A DNA stretch of 64,000 nucleotides from Macrostomum lignano (lineage: Eukaryota): the NCBI GenBank assembly GCA_002269645.1, contig NIVC01003766.1:13773-77772 (forward strand), in the 5' to 3' direction. The position numbers were made by a program, and so were the translations under genes. How positions within the stretch are numbered: position 1 is the first letter of the stretch; every line of letters starts with the position of its first letter. The notes under the pieces are model-generated. The model saw nothing but the letters and a program-made list of their open reading frames with translations. It made no database searches and was not told where the DNA came from. Positions 1 to 16,765 of this stretch are shown here, piece after piece.

Positions 1-215
1 GGCGCCAATACTGACATGTCCACACTGTCATGGCGCCAATACTGACATGTCCACACTGTCATGGCGCCAATACTGACATGTCCACAGTGGCGCCCTAAAA
101 TTTCCATTTTGGTACCTCAAAAATGTCCGCTTTGTTGACTTAAAAAGTTCCAACTTTGGCGCCACAAAAATATCCACTTTGACGCCACAAAAATATCCAC
201 TTTGGCGCCACAAAA
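1..215. repeat. GGCGCC-core minisatellites: 31-bp unit x~3 (cut by window edge), then ~23-bp unit x3
   Basis: ggcgccaatactgacatgtccacactgtcat is repeated from position 1; tggcgccacaaaaatatccactt-like units lie at ~158-215. Confidence 0.85.
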
Positions 216-779
216 ATCCAAAAACCAGACCATGCAAATTTGCAGATTAACTCACCCAGCGCTGAGCTCTGACGCAATTAATTTTATGCCATTCTCGGCG
301 TTACAATCAATTTCTTGTTGTTGAAAATTGTCAAGTTTTTCCATTAGAAAATCTATGATATTGAAAAAGATTTAGTTATACTAAAAGTAACAGTTAAAAA
401 TATGACAAATTCAACTTCTCAACTTGAGGCAAAGTTTTCTATGAAAGGCTACTCTAGTTAATTCACCGCTCAATGTGCAAGTCTCTTAGCTAGAAGGAAA
501 TGTCTCTGGAGGGCGGATGGGACTAAGGTCTCAAACACACAAGAGAAGAGCTGAGAGAAGCGATGCGACAGACAGATCTGAGCTAAATAGAAGCAAGTAT
601 GAAGGCCACTACACACCCACTGGTAACCAATCATAGCTGCTATAGGGCGTGGTCAAGGAGATTCTTGTAGACCCAATGGAGTTTACTTAGTGTCTACTGC
701 TGTTGTTAACATTGTAGTTCAGAACAGTTCTTCGATTTTTCTGTTCATAGCTAGGCATACGAACCTTATGATGAGAAAA

Positions 780-1395
<616 letters not shown>

Positions 1396-1593
1396 TCCCT
1401 AAAGCGTGAACAGATGGGCATATCGCAGCTAAAATTGGTCAATAAATATAGTGTTTGGATGGCAGTTGGCACTCCGAGCTCTTGCTCAGGGCCTCCTTGG
1501 CCGGACACAGTACGGTCCCATTTCTTTGATCCCCACTCTTACTGCCACTCAACGTTCAGAATCTCTCCTCAGCTTCAATTCTCGTTTCCTTGG

Positions 1594-1628
<35 letters not shown>

Positions 1629-2133
1629 ACTCCTTCTCCCCTATACTTCGCTCCCTTGTCAAGGATGGCCCTCATCAGAGAAAATAAGAGAGCCGAAGTG
1701 ATGTGAAAATCGAATAAAGTGCCGCCTCAGCACAAGGAATGACGCGCATCCCTAGCAGCTTCGTATGCAATCCCAGTGTAGTTTCATAATCACTTCAATT
1801 CTGGCTACGGTCGAACTTCTATCAAGCTTGGCCTACTCAAGATTTTTCCCCTCAGGGGGCCTCACAAATTACCGAGATGAAGCAGAGTTCGCTGAGTGCC
1901 CTGGCTTTGCTGTGACTGCAGTGCACTGTAGACAAGTTGCTATCATGATCCTTACATCCTCTCTAGCCTATGACTGGATGAGGCTTAACACTGCTTTAAG
2001 AGTTTTCTAGAGTGGCTATGGATAGCCAAGATTTTATCGACTCTTCGCTCTCCTGTACTTCATCATAACTCATCAATGGTCATTCTTGGGAACGCCACGC
2101 ATTGAAGGAGCAGCTTGAGAAGGTAGCTGGTAG

Positions 2134-2512
2134 CCAAGAAGGGCGCCAAACTAGAAAATATTCAGTGGACCAAACTAAAGAGACACATGCAGTGGCGCCA
2201 AACTCAAGAGATACAGTGGTGCCAAACTTAAAAGACACATGCAGTGGCGCCAAACTCAAGAGATTCAGTGGCGCCAAACTAAAGAGACACAGTGGCGCCA
2301 AACTTAAAAGACACATGCAGTGGCACCAAACTAAAGAGACACAGTGGTGCCAAACTTAAAAGACACATGCAGTGGCGCCAAACTCAAGAGATTCAGTGGC
2401 GCCAAACTAAAGAGACACAGTGGCGCCAAACTTAAAAGACACATGCAGTGGCACTAAACTCAAGAGACACAGTGGCGCCAAACTCAAGAGGCACAGTGGC
2501 GCCAAACTAAAG
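2134..2512. repeat. GGCGCC-core minisatellite (~22-26 bp, cagtggcgccaaactcaagagaca)
   Basis: About 14 variant units visible. Confidence 0.9.
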
Positions 2513-2743
2513 AATAAGAAACTAATTTTTGTTTTATGTCTTGCAAATGTATTATCTCAATCATTATAGTAGGATTGTTATAACGAAACATTACAGTTTT
2601 ATTCACTTTGTAAAGATGGAAAAAATAGCCAAAGAAATACTTTTTGCAGAAACTAGAATATTTACTGAAAATTCAAATTCGACTACTTGTAGTAGAAGTA
2701 TTGTAAGAAATATTGAATTAAGTTAAATTCATTTTCAGCTAAG

Positions 2744-6952
<4,209 letters not shown>

Positions 6953-7419
6953 TTTCGAAATTTTTGCAATTGAGTCTGCTCTGTGCTTGCTGGTGTCTCA
7001 AATTTATCCTTCTGAGCCCCCCCCCCCAAGCTGGGCCAGTCGGAGAGAAAGGAAACCGCTAAGTCTGAGGGGATGGGTGGGGTTTCGGGTCAGACAGATA
7101 GTCGAAAGTACACTATAGAGATAACTCCGGGCAGCTGAGGATGAGATCGTTATTGCGTAATTATTCCATATTACCAAAAGATCAAAGGGAAATAGCCGCA
7201 TATGGTTCCCTAAGCGTATTGATCATTTTAGGAAAGTGCAAATAAGGTGTCTTTATTTATCTCTATGTCTAAGTTGAACTCAGATCTTTAAACGGGGCCG
7301 ACACGCACCCACAAGTCATGGGGTTGGCGGAATGGCCGAGGGGTGTTAGCGCCTCGGTTGAGAATGGTTGCACCCAGCTGACTAACCCTTGGAATGGCTG
7401 AGGGTTGTACCCGCAGCTC

Positions 7420-7976
7420 GCCCCATGCGGCCTGCGAAGCCTCTCTATCCGGCTCTGGGGTCCTTTGAAACTTCACAAAAGCAATCTGGCCCGCTCGAAG
7501 TTCTGTCTCTTCTCAGTTTCCTTCTCTTTAATATCCTCTCTCCCCCAGTCTCATCTCCTTTGTTTCTCTTCTCTCTCTCATCTCCTCTTCTCTCCTCTCT
7601 CATCTCCTTCTCTTCACTCCTCTTTCAACTCCTTCTCTTCTCTCCTCTTTCATCTCCTTCTCTTCTCTCCTCTTTCATCTCCTTCTTTCTTTCCTCTCTC
7701 TCATCTCCTTCTCTCTCCTCACTCTCATCTCCTTCTCTTCTCTCCTCTCCTCTCTCTCATCTCCTTCTCTCCTCTCTCATCTCCTTCTCTCCTCTCTCTA
7801 ACCCCTTCTCTTCTTTTCTTTTATCTCATATCTTCTTAATTATTCTCCCAACTCCTTTCTTCTATCTCTCTTCTCTCTTGTGTCTTCTCACTCCTCTCTC
7901 TCCCCTTCTCTGGTCCGCAATCATGCGCTAGGTTCTATAGCTGGCCCTTAAAGTAAAAAAAGTTTGCCGAACCCTG
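7420..7976. mobile_element. Degenerate hAT-like non-autonomous element with CT-rich interior
   Basis: The right end agtttgccgaaccctg (reverse complement cagggttcggcaaact) resembles hAT/Charlie termini. A ~45-bp segment at ~7471-7515 recurs inverted at ~37660-37705. No left TIR was found. Confidence 0.4.
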
Positions 7977-8374
7977 TCGTAACCGAATAATAAAGTTTGA
8001 ATTATTTTATTTTATTTCAGTAATAATAGGAGAGCATTTTTCAATAAAGTTTTGTTACGCTTTGCAATTAGTAATGAATTGTTAATTTCTTACGGTTAAT
8101 TAGAAGTATAACTGAAGAACAAATTAAACCTATAAGTAGTACTCGAGTCAAGAAGGTAATAATGGCTATTGTGCTAGGATATTGTTGAGAAACTACAAAC
8201 AGATACTGAGAAACTGACGCACTTACATATCAGACATATCAAACAATGAACAACTGGGTCTGCTTCCTATCAAAATTAATAACAGTTTTTGTGCTGAAAA
8301 AATGAAAACTTCCTGCCTTCCTAAAGTTTTCCAAGAAACGAGGTTTCCAGTCCTTCTACTTGAGTAGTCTTTGA

Positions 8375-9003
8375 AAGTGTACATGCCTAACGATAAATAC
8401 ATTTAAGGCCGCTGTTCACTCCTGTGTGAGTGTGTGCCTGTGCGTATGACTGCGTACGTATCCGCGCGCTTGTATGCCTGCTCAGGGGAGTCGGCGGAAT
8501 GGGCAGTAATGCCTCTCGCCGGTTGTGGACTTCTGGTTAGGGATTGCAATCCCGGGATCCCGGGGTCCCGAATCCTGGGACTACTTTTTGTTAATAATTT
8601 TTACAAAAAGTGTTTAATACGAACATATTTGGGCTCACAACAAGTTTATTATACTGAGCTAACCGTTAATTGCCTCACGTCGCGTGGCGTCTTTTTAAAC
8701 CCCGCATCACAGATTTAAATGTGAAATTTATTCCAATGTAAATTTTGATATATGATTTGCTTCTTTACTACTAATTAGTACTTTTATACTACTTACTTAA
8801 TTATGTCACACGATAATGCTGTTTTTTATCCACAAAAAGATCATTATCTCTGTAACAATCAAAAATGGAAGTAAAAATGTTTAGCGCATATTTTGCCTTA
8901 AAATTTCAACCAAGAAGCTTAAAAACCTGTATTTTCTGATCCCGGGATCGCAAAAATACCGGGATTTTGCAATCCCTACGTCTGGTGCACACAGCCTAAT
9001 AAC
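8375..9003 (+). mobile_element. 5'-truncated SINE copy (same family as 24979-25339) interrupted by a hAT MITE
   Basis: aagtgtacatgcctaacgata...cactcctgtgtgagtgtgtgcctg...gcttgtatgcctgctcaggggagt.ggcggaatgggcagtaatgcctctcgcc.gttgtg aligns by eye with 25138-25280; similarity resumes as ggtgcacaca after the insertion. Confidence 0.75.
8538..8978. mobile_element. hAT-type MITE (441 bp)
   Basis: TIRs TAGGGATTGCAA...TTGCAATCCCTA; 8-bp flanks cttctggt / cgtctggt (7/8 match, TSD); subterminal CCCGGGAT motifs. Confidence 0.85.
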
Positions 9004-9054
9004 AGACACAGAAATGACAGAAACAGACCAAATAAAGTCGCAGCTCAAGCACAA

Positions 9055-11092
9055 TCAATGGAGCTCCCCCATAACTCCACCTTTGAACCTGACTTCATCC
9101 GTGCCGACCCTGGTGGTATCGGTGGTGTACCTGATCACCACCACTTGAGACCCGGTGGTGGCGTCTACTACGTACAGATGCGCCCCGTGGCTGGCGCTGC
9201 CACCGCTGGAGCAGGCCATGGGTCCGGGGACGAACTGGCCTGCCTTGACATCGTCAGCCTTAGTGCCTGCCGCCCGCTCCTGCTCAAACTCCCTAGACGC
9301 TGATTCCGATAACACTAACGAGCGCTTCTGAGAAGCGGTGTCGGCAGAGGTGCTGCTGCTGCTGCTGCTGGCCTCATGCTCGCCAGTTTCCTTGGTGATT
9401 GTCCCGGCATCGTAGTCCAAGTCTAGCAGCGACATCTGCGCGTCCTCCAGCCAGTTCTTGCTCCAGCCCGCGTCGGTGAGGTCGGGCTCCAAGTCCGGGT
9501 GCCAGACTACGTAGATGTGCGGCTCCCCGGTGGCTGCGAAGACCATCTGGCGGCCGGGGTCGCAGGCCATGCCGAGCTGGCTGACTGGACTTTCGCTATC
9601 CAGCAGTAGCAAATAGTTGTCGCTGCTGAACAGTTTACGGTAGTGAGACTAAATATTTAGGTGACAAACTAAATCTTAGTAGACGGGGCGATTTAGGTGA
9701 GGAACTAAAATTTAGGAGACGGGCGATTTAGGTGACAAACTAAAATTTAGGAGACGGGCGATTTAGGTTTCAAACTAAAATGTAGGAGCTCGGCGGTTTA
9801 GGTGGAAAACTAAAATTTAGGAGACGGGCGATTTAGGTGACAAACTAAATTTATCAATAGATGACAGAAAACTCAGGCAAGCTCACTCTTGACAAATTTT
9901 CCTATTCGTCTTGGCCAGGTTCTGCACAACCTCGGGCGAGCTGAAGGTTCTCGAACCGATGGTTCGCCAGATTAACTGGTCGCCTTTCTCGTAGCACTCG
10001 GATCGGTAGCGAAGCTGGCGAGAATGTAAGGAAAATAAATCTATGTTAATTAGCTCGTAGTAGGACGAGATTAGGGCTATGGCTAGAGCAAGGGTTAGGG
10101 CTAGGGTTAGAGCTAGGGTTAGGGCTAGGGTTAGGGCTAGGGCTAGAGCTAGGGTTAGGGCTAGGGCTAGAACTAGGGTTAGGGCAGGGATAGAGCTAGG
10201 GTTAGGGTTAGGGCTAGGGCTAGAGTTAGGGTTAGGGCTAGGGCTAGGGCTAGAGCTAGGGTTAGGGTTAGGGCTAGGGCTAGAGCTAGGGTTAGGGCTA
10301 GGGCTAGGGCTAGAACTAGGGTTAGGGCAGGGATAGAGCTAGGGTTAGGGTTAGGGCTAGGGCTAGAGTTAGGGTTAGGGCTAGGGCTAGGGCTAGAGCT
10401 AGGGTTAGGGTTAGGGCTAGGGCTAGGGTTAGGGCTAGGGCTAGAGCTAGGGTTAGAGCTAGGGTTAGGGTTAGGGCTAGAGCTAGGGTTAGGGCTAGGG
10501 CTAGAGCTAGGGTTAGGGCTAGGGCTAGAGCTAGGGTTAGGGCTAGGGCTAGAGCTAGGGTTAGGGCAGGGATAGAGCTAGGGTTAGGGCTAGGGCTAAG
10601 GTTATAGCTAGGGCTATATGGCTACGGCTAGGGCTAGGGCAAGGTTAAGTAGCCAAAACACAGGTATTAGGAACAGTGGCGCCCTTGCTTTAAACCGTCA
10701 TCTAGCATCTAAGAGACGCCTCAGTAGTTCCACGCGCCACCAACACCCTTACCATAATATCGCCGGCAGAGCTCATCAGGTACAGGAACTGCCTGCTCAA
10801 CCGCACATTGAACAGCTCGTCGTTCAACGAGTAGCACCGATCGAACACGCAAGACTCGGACAAGTCGGACAGCGAGCGGCAGGTCAGTCGGTCAGGGAAG
10901 AGCAGCAGTACGCAGTCTGCTTGTTTGTCGGCCGCCATTGAGCGGACGTCGCCGGCGCACACAGCTTGGTCGAGATACTCGACAAAATCAACGGACAAAC
11001 AGCGGCTGTAGGCTGTGAGGGACTCGGCAGCGCAGACGCTGCCTGCGCGGCTGCCTATAGCTTGGTGTCGCTTCAGCTGCTGCTGCTGCTGC

Positions 11093-11146
<54 letters not shown>

Positions 11147-11148
11147 AG

Positions 11149-11205
<57 letters not shown>

Positions 11206-11229
11206 TTGTTGTTGTTTTTGTTGTTGTTG

Positions 11230-11260
<31 letters not shown>

Positions 11261-11351
11261 TGTTGCTGTTGTTGGTCTTCTTGCTGTTGCAGTTGTAGCT
11301 GCAGCGAACTGAAAGTTATAATTAGTTAGTCAGTCAGTCAGTCAGTCAGTC

Positions 11352-11426
<75 letters not shown>

Positions 11427-11443
11427 CAGTCAGTCAGTCAGTC

Positions 11444-11530
<87 letters not shown>

Positions 11531-11759
11531 CAGTTAGTTAGTTAGTTAGTTAGTTAGTCAGTTAGTTAGTTAGTTAGTTAGTTAGTCAGTTATTTAGTCA
11601 GTTATTTAGTTAGTTAGTTGGCTAGTTAGTTAGTTAGTTAGTCAGTTATAGTTAGTCAGCTAGTTAATTAGTTAGTCTATCAAGTTTTCTATCAAGTTTT
11701 ATCCACACACGAGTATGTACCCTTGTTGCTGTTGCTGCTGCGGTTGCTGCTGCTGCTGT

Positions 11760-11840
<81 letters not shown>

Positions 11841-12639
11841 AGAGCATAGTGCCCAGGTCTATAGTGCGCCAGTCGGAAGTATCTGAGTTGTCGGTGGTTC
11901 AATACCAAATAGGAACCGTCGCTGCAGCACGACACCAAACGACAATTTCGACCATCTGCATTTAAATTTGAAAGAAATTTTCTAGCAACATTATATGGAG
12001 AAATAAACTTGGGGAGATGTCAAAATTCTTGTGTGATACAGTTGGAAAATGTAATTAAATACATGTCCAAAGTAGGCAGCCTCATGAAACCCCCTTTAAC
12101 CGCTGTCGACTGTAACATGTACCAGTACATGCATATGTCTTAGAGACCCTTTGGATGCCGCGATACCGTATCCTCCCCGAAATCAGTCTACATCTAGCTG
12201 TGTACGTGTACATGTACAAACGTACATTAATGTATATGCCGACTGTACACCTGCCGACACCACTCAGGCCCTCAAGAACTAGGACACTATCATTTCAATT
12301 AAAAGACTTAACAGCTGTATAAAACTTCTCGAATGAGTCTTCCTCGATATAAAGGCAGTGCAGGCACTGATATACTCGTCTATACTGTATAGTAACCGTT
12401 GGAGTAGCCATCAGCATTCACAAAGCTCGGTACTCACAGTTAGTTACCCTGTGAGGCTGCTTAGTGGCCTGCACCAAACCGCTGTGCTTGTTCCACTTGT
12501 AATGCAGCAGTCCGTTCTGCCTGCAGGCGAACATGATCTCGCCAAGGGCTTCGTTGACGTCAACTGAACAGCAGGAGTAGCCGCGTGGAAGATTAAACTC
12601 CTGGATAACCTCCCAGTTGAGACGATAAGTCTGTTTCAT
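9055..12639 (-). CDS. Unidentified 5-exon polyglutamine-containing protein, ~563 aa (exons 12639-12438, 11955-11721, 11308-10753, 10014-9887, 9625-9055)
   Basis: All four introns are GT-AG (GTGAGT, GTACAT, GTAAGG, GTGAGC) with matching phases 1, 2, 0, 2 and no internal stops. The non-Q portions are globular-looking with short hydrophobic beta-strand patterns. Family not recognised. Confidence 0.7.
9650..9852. repeat. ~40-bp minisatellite (ggcgatttaggtgacaaactaaaatttaggagacg) in intron
   Basis: About 5 degenerate units. Confidence 0.8.
10068..10642 (+). repeat. Interstitial telomere-like array (TTAGGG with CTAGGG/CTAGAG variants)
   Basis: About 95 hexamers, many canonical TTAGGG, inside intron 3 of the polyQ gene. 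Confidence 0.92.
11075..11290 (-). repeat. (CAG/CAA)n coding trinucleotide tract (polyQ 2, ~70 codons)
   Basis: In frame within exon 11308-10753. Confidence 0.85.
11323..11680. repeat. (GTTA)n/(GTCA)n microsatellite filling intron 2 of the polyQ gene
   Basis: Directly visible. Confidence 0.95.
11723..11840 (-). repeat. (CAG)n coding tract (polyQ 1, ~38 Q)
   Basis: In frame within exon 11955-11721. Confidence 0.85.
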
Positions 12640-12811
12640 CAAGATCGATTCTTATGGATTCTATCGACGCGTAAGAAGTCTGGTGTAAATGTTTGCAAAG
12701 TAATCCTTTAAAAAAGAAGATTCATCGCTAAACGATGCCATTTACTTTGAGATATCAAGATGTCTATGGAATTAAAGTCCCTTTTAAGGGACCGCAAAAT
12801 AGCTGATCTGT

Positions 12812-13143
12812 GACTGTGTCTGCTGCTTTCACACCCTCTGAAGTCCTCAGCGATCTCTGGCTGTGTCTGCTGCTTTCACACCCTCTGAAGTCCTCAGCGA
12901 TCTCTGACTGTGTCTGCTGCTTTCGCAACCTCTGAAGTCCTCAGCGATCTCTGGCTGTGTCTGCTGCTTTCGCAACCTCTGAAGTCCTCAGCGATCTCTG
13001 GCTGTGTCTGCTGCTTTCACACCCTCTGAAGTCCTCAGCGATCTCTGGCTGTGTCTGCTGCTTTCGCACCCTCTGAAGTCCTCAGCGATCTCTGGCTGTG
13101 TCTGCTGCTTTCACACCCTCTGAAGTCCTCAGCGATCTCTGGC
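12812..13143. repeat. 47-bp minisatellite x7
   Basis: ctgtgtctgctgctttcacaccctctgaagtcctcagcgatctctgg, period 47. Confidence 0.95.
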
Positions 13144-14147
13144 TCACAGTATTGATTCAATCAATATCAAATTTTGTGAACCAACCGAATATTCACTCTG
13201 GTATGATTAAAGAAAACATTTTAACAAAATAGATGTTTACAATGCAAAAAAAGATATTTATATTAGTCAGCGAACATAAAATCTGTATATTTTACACTTC
13301 AGAACATTTCGGATTACAATATAAGGGAAATTCATACAATAATAGTAGGTTTATTCTGCATATATAAATACAAGTATTAAGATAACAGACCGCTACCTTG
13401 AAAGTTACTTGAAAGAAGTGTTGCATTCACAAGAGTACTGAGTATAATTCTATTAGACTTAAATATGTAATTGTAAGTGCAATATGTTAATAAAACATAT
13501 GCATATTATCCTACTCATAGATGATAGCGCAGGAGTAATATATTTACATTGGATAGCTTCATATCGATTTTTTAATTTTTAGGCCCAAATGTGACTAAAA
13601 AATCTTACTCACTACTCAATTGTAGTAATCTTATCTGAATAAAAATACAAAGGCTTGAAAGAGAATAAATTCCCAACAAAATAGGAGCTACATAAGAAGG
13701 GAAACTAGAAATAATTTTAATAAATTACCCCCTTAATACCGCGTAAGCAGCCAAGCAAAATATGATGTTAAAATGGTCAGGCAGACACAACTCCAGTGGC
13801 AGTTTACAATGCATATATAGCTAGTTTATGTTAACAAAAAGCAATTACAATTAGCGGACGTTTGAAAGATGCACACCTGTTATTAAGAATAAGGTAGTTT
13901 AAAAGCAAAAACCTAAATCTAAAATGTTTTTGATATTTTATAAAAAAGGGTTGCTACCTGGAGCTCAAAGGGTGTTTTAAAGGGGATGCAAATTACAATG
14001 GCAACAAAAATTGATGATACTTGCAACTCGAATTCTGGCGAAAAACATAGATTTAGAGGCCGCATCCTTGATTTGGAGGATGACTTTTATAACTAAGCGT
14101 TTTTAATTGTAGTTTCTTTAAGCAACCAATAAGTCCTACGTAAACGT

Positions 14148-14810
14148 CTCTATAGATTCTCTTTAAACATATCTAAAGATTCTCTTCAAACATTTCTATA
14201 GATTCTGTTCAAACATCCCTATAGATTTTCTTTAAACATCCCTGAGGATTCTCTTTGAAAATCCCTATAGATTCTCTTTAAACACCCCTATAGATTCTTT
14301 TCAATCAAACACCCCTATAGATTCTTTTCAATCAAACACCCCTATAGATTCTTTTCAATCAAACACCCCTATAGATTCTGTTCAAACATCCCTATAGATT
14401 CTCTTCAAACATCCCTATAGATTCTCTTCAAACATCCCTATAGATTCTCTTCAAACATCCCTATAGATTCTCTTCAAACATCCCTATAGATTCTGTTCAA
14501 ACATCCCTATAGATTCTGTTCAAACATCCCTATAGATTCTGTTCAAACATCCCTAAAGATTCTGTTCAAACATCCCTATAGATTTTCTTCAAACATCCCT
14601 ATAGATTCTGTTCAAACATCCCTAAAGATTCTGTTCAAACATCCCTATAGATTCTGTTCAAACATCCCTATAGATTTTCTTTAAACATCCTTGAGGATTC
14701 TCTTTAAAAATCCCTATAGATTCTCTTAAAACACCCTATAGATTCTCTTCAAACAAAAATCCCTAAAGATCCTCTTAAACATTTCGATAAATCCCCTTTA
14801 AACACCTATG
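14148..14810. repeat. 23-bp minisatellite (aaacatccctatagattctcttc) directly downstream of the UFD1 stop
   Basis: Period 23 visible. Confidence 0.93.
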
Positions 14811-14830
14811 CAAATCTCTCTCATAAGTCT

Positions 14831-15946
14831 TTATCGCTGCTTGGCGGTTCGAGCAGTTTTCAAACGCATCCCAGCCCCGTCGAACGCTTTAAACGAGCCG
14901 GCGTCGCCGCCGTCAACGGCCGCATTGTCGTTGCCGTTGCCGCGGTTAAATTTGCGAATAAAATGCAGCTCGCCAGGTCGATAGTCGTAGTTAGGAACGC
15001 CGCGCTCCTTAGCCGAGTAGCTGTTTAAAGAAGATGAAGAGTCAACAGATGTTAATCCGCCGTTGACAGCAGCAGCAGAGGAACTGGAAGCTGCGGTAGC
15101 TCCATCAGCGGAGAACACGTGCGGCTGTTGCGACTTCAATTTTCCGTCTAAGCGTTGACCGGCGCCAGGAAAAGCGGCTGGTCTATCCGGGTTTCGAGCA
15201 CCCTCAGGAATAACCGGCTGATGGCTGAGATCCTCCATGGCGCCTGGGATCAACGGCAAGCCGGTAGCGCCGCCGAGACCGTCGGTAAATCCGCCGGCGG
15301 CTCCGCTAGGCAAGCTAGCCTGAGAAGCGGACTTCGGCACTGTGCTCTCCTCGTAGCCAACCGGCTTGTCAAATTCAACATTAACGTCGCATTCAATGAT
15401 AGTGACGCTATTAGCCGGCTTGAGCTCCTGTACTAGCAGCTCGTATTCTTTATTGTTATAATGCAATACGATAATATCGCCGGTGCTTAGGCAAGCAAAT
15501 TTACGCAGCTCATTTTCTAGCACAGCTTTCGGATTGGAAATGTCAAGAAAGTTGACATTCTGCGGTTGGAATTTGGCGTAAGTAGCCTTGGGCAAAGAGA
15601 CATTCTCTATGCGCAACATATCGCCTTCGTTCAATAGCAGATTCTGCATTATCCAATAGGGCACGTAGACCCGGCCCTCTTCGGCTGTGAATTCTATAAC
15701 GCCGGCGTGGCTAAATTTCTTTGTCACGGGATTCGACAGCCGGAATATCATTGGATATTGAATGTGCAGCTGGACTAGGGACTCCAGAGCGGATTGGGGC
15801 ATGATAATCTTGCCGCCAGTTTGGGCTTCCTGTCTGACCTTGTCCTGGCCGGTGAACATGCTGGCTGAGTAGCACCGGTAGGTGGTCTCAAATGTGCTTG
15901 ACATCTGCGGCCCGGGCCCGCCGCCGAATACGAAGCGATTGAACAT
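14831..15946 (-). CDS. UFD1: Ubiquitin recognition factor in ER-associated degradation 1 (UFD1), intronless, 371 aa
   Basis: UFD1 N-domain motifs YRCYS, GGKIIMPQSAL, YPMIFRL, HAGVIEFTAEEGRVYVPYW, NPKAVLE...FACLSTGD, IIECDVNVEFDKPVGY. C-terminal SHP-box-like motifs AFPGAGQRLDGK and FKAFDGAGMRL. Confidence 0.97.
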   Translation of the reverse strand: MFNRFVFGGGPGPQMSSTFETTYRCYSASMFTGQDKVRQEAQTGGKIIMPQSALESLVQLHIQYPMIFRLSNPVTKKFSHAGVIEFTAEEGRVYVPYWIMQNLLLNEGDMLRIENVSLPKATYAKFQPQNVNFLDISNPKAVLENELRKFACLSTGDIIVLHYNNKEYELLVQELKPANSVTIIECDVNVEFDKPVGYEESTVPKSASQASLPSGAAGGFTDGLGGATGLPLIPGAMEDLSHQPVIPEGARNPDRPAAFPGAGQRLDGKLKSQQPHVFSADGATAASSSSAAAVNGGLTSVDSSSSLNSYSAKERGVPNYDYRPGELHFIRKFNRGNGNDNAAVDGGDAGSFKAFDGAGMRLKTARTAKQR

Positions 15947-16164
15947 TTTTTAGATATCAAATTTTATAAAATTGACTTGTGAAGACAAAAACCAAACTGA
16001 TTCCAGTTTTGCATGCACGAAAAAGAAAAGGAAAAATCATTTCAACAACCATTTTTAGCAGTTATGGGGACTCTGAAATTGTTTCTAAAAGTGATTCTCA
16101 CACAGCTGTTGCTGCGGACAATCCTGATCTAACTGTTGCTATTGGAAATTTGTAAACAGTGGTT

Positions 16165-16765
16165 GCTACGAGCAATTCTTAAACAACGGTTGCTAAGGGT
16201 AATTCTTAAACAACGGTTGCTAAGGGTAATTCTTAAACAACGGTTGCTAAGGGTAATTCTTAAACAACGGTTGCTTAGGGTAATTCTTAAACAACGGTTG
16301 CTAAGGGTAATTCTTAAACAACGGTTGCTAAGGGTAATTCTTAAACAACGGTTGCTAAGGGTAATTCTTAAACAACGGTTGCTAAGGGTAATTCTTAAAC
16401 AACGGTTGCTGAGGGTAATTCTTAAACAACGGTTGCTAAGGGTAATTCTTAAACAACGGTTGCTAAGGGCAATCCCTAAACAACGGCTGCTAATGCTAAG
16501 GGCAATCCCTAAACAACGGCTGCTAAGGGCAATTCATCTAAGGGCAATCCCTAAACAACGGCTGCTAATGGCAATCCCTAAACAAACGGTTGCTAAGGGA
16601 AATCCCTAAACAACAGCTGCTAAGGGCAATTCATCTAATGACAATCCCTAAACAACGGTTGCTAAGGGCAATCCCTAAACAACAGTTGCTTAGAGCAATT
16701 CTTAAACAACAGTCAAGGGCAATTCCTGAAAACGGTTGCTAAGGCCAATTCCTAAACAACGGTTG
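16165..16765. repeat. 27-bp minisatellite (aaacaacggttgctaagggtaattctt) between RPL3 and UFD1
   Basis: About 20 units, degenerating to the right. Confidence 0.95.

Noticed and set aside
12812-13143. Regular 47-bp, 48-bp and 32-bp arrays as possible CRISPR-like loci
   Set aside because: Units are contiguous with no unique spacers, there are no cas genes, and the context is eukaryotic.
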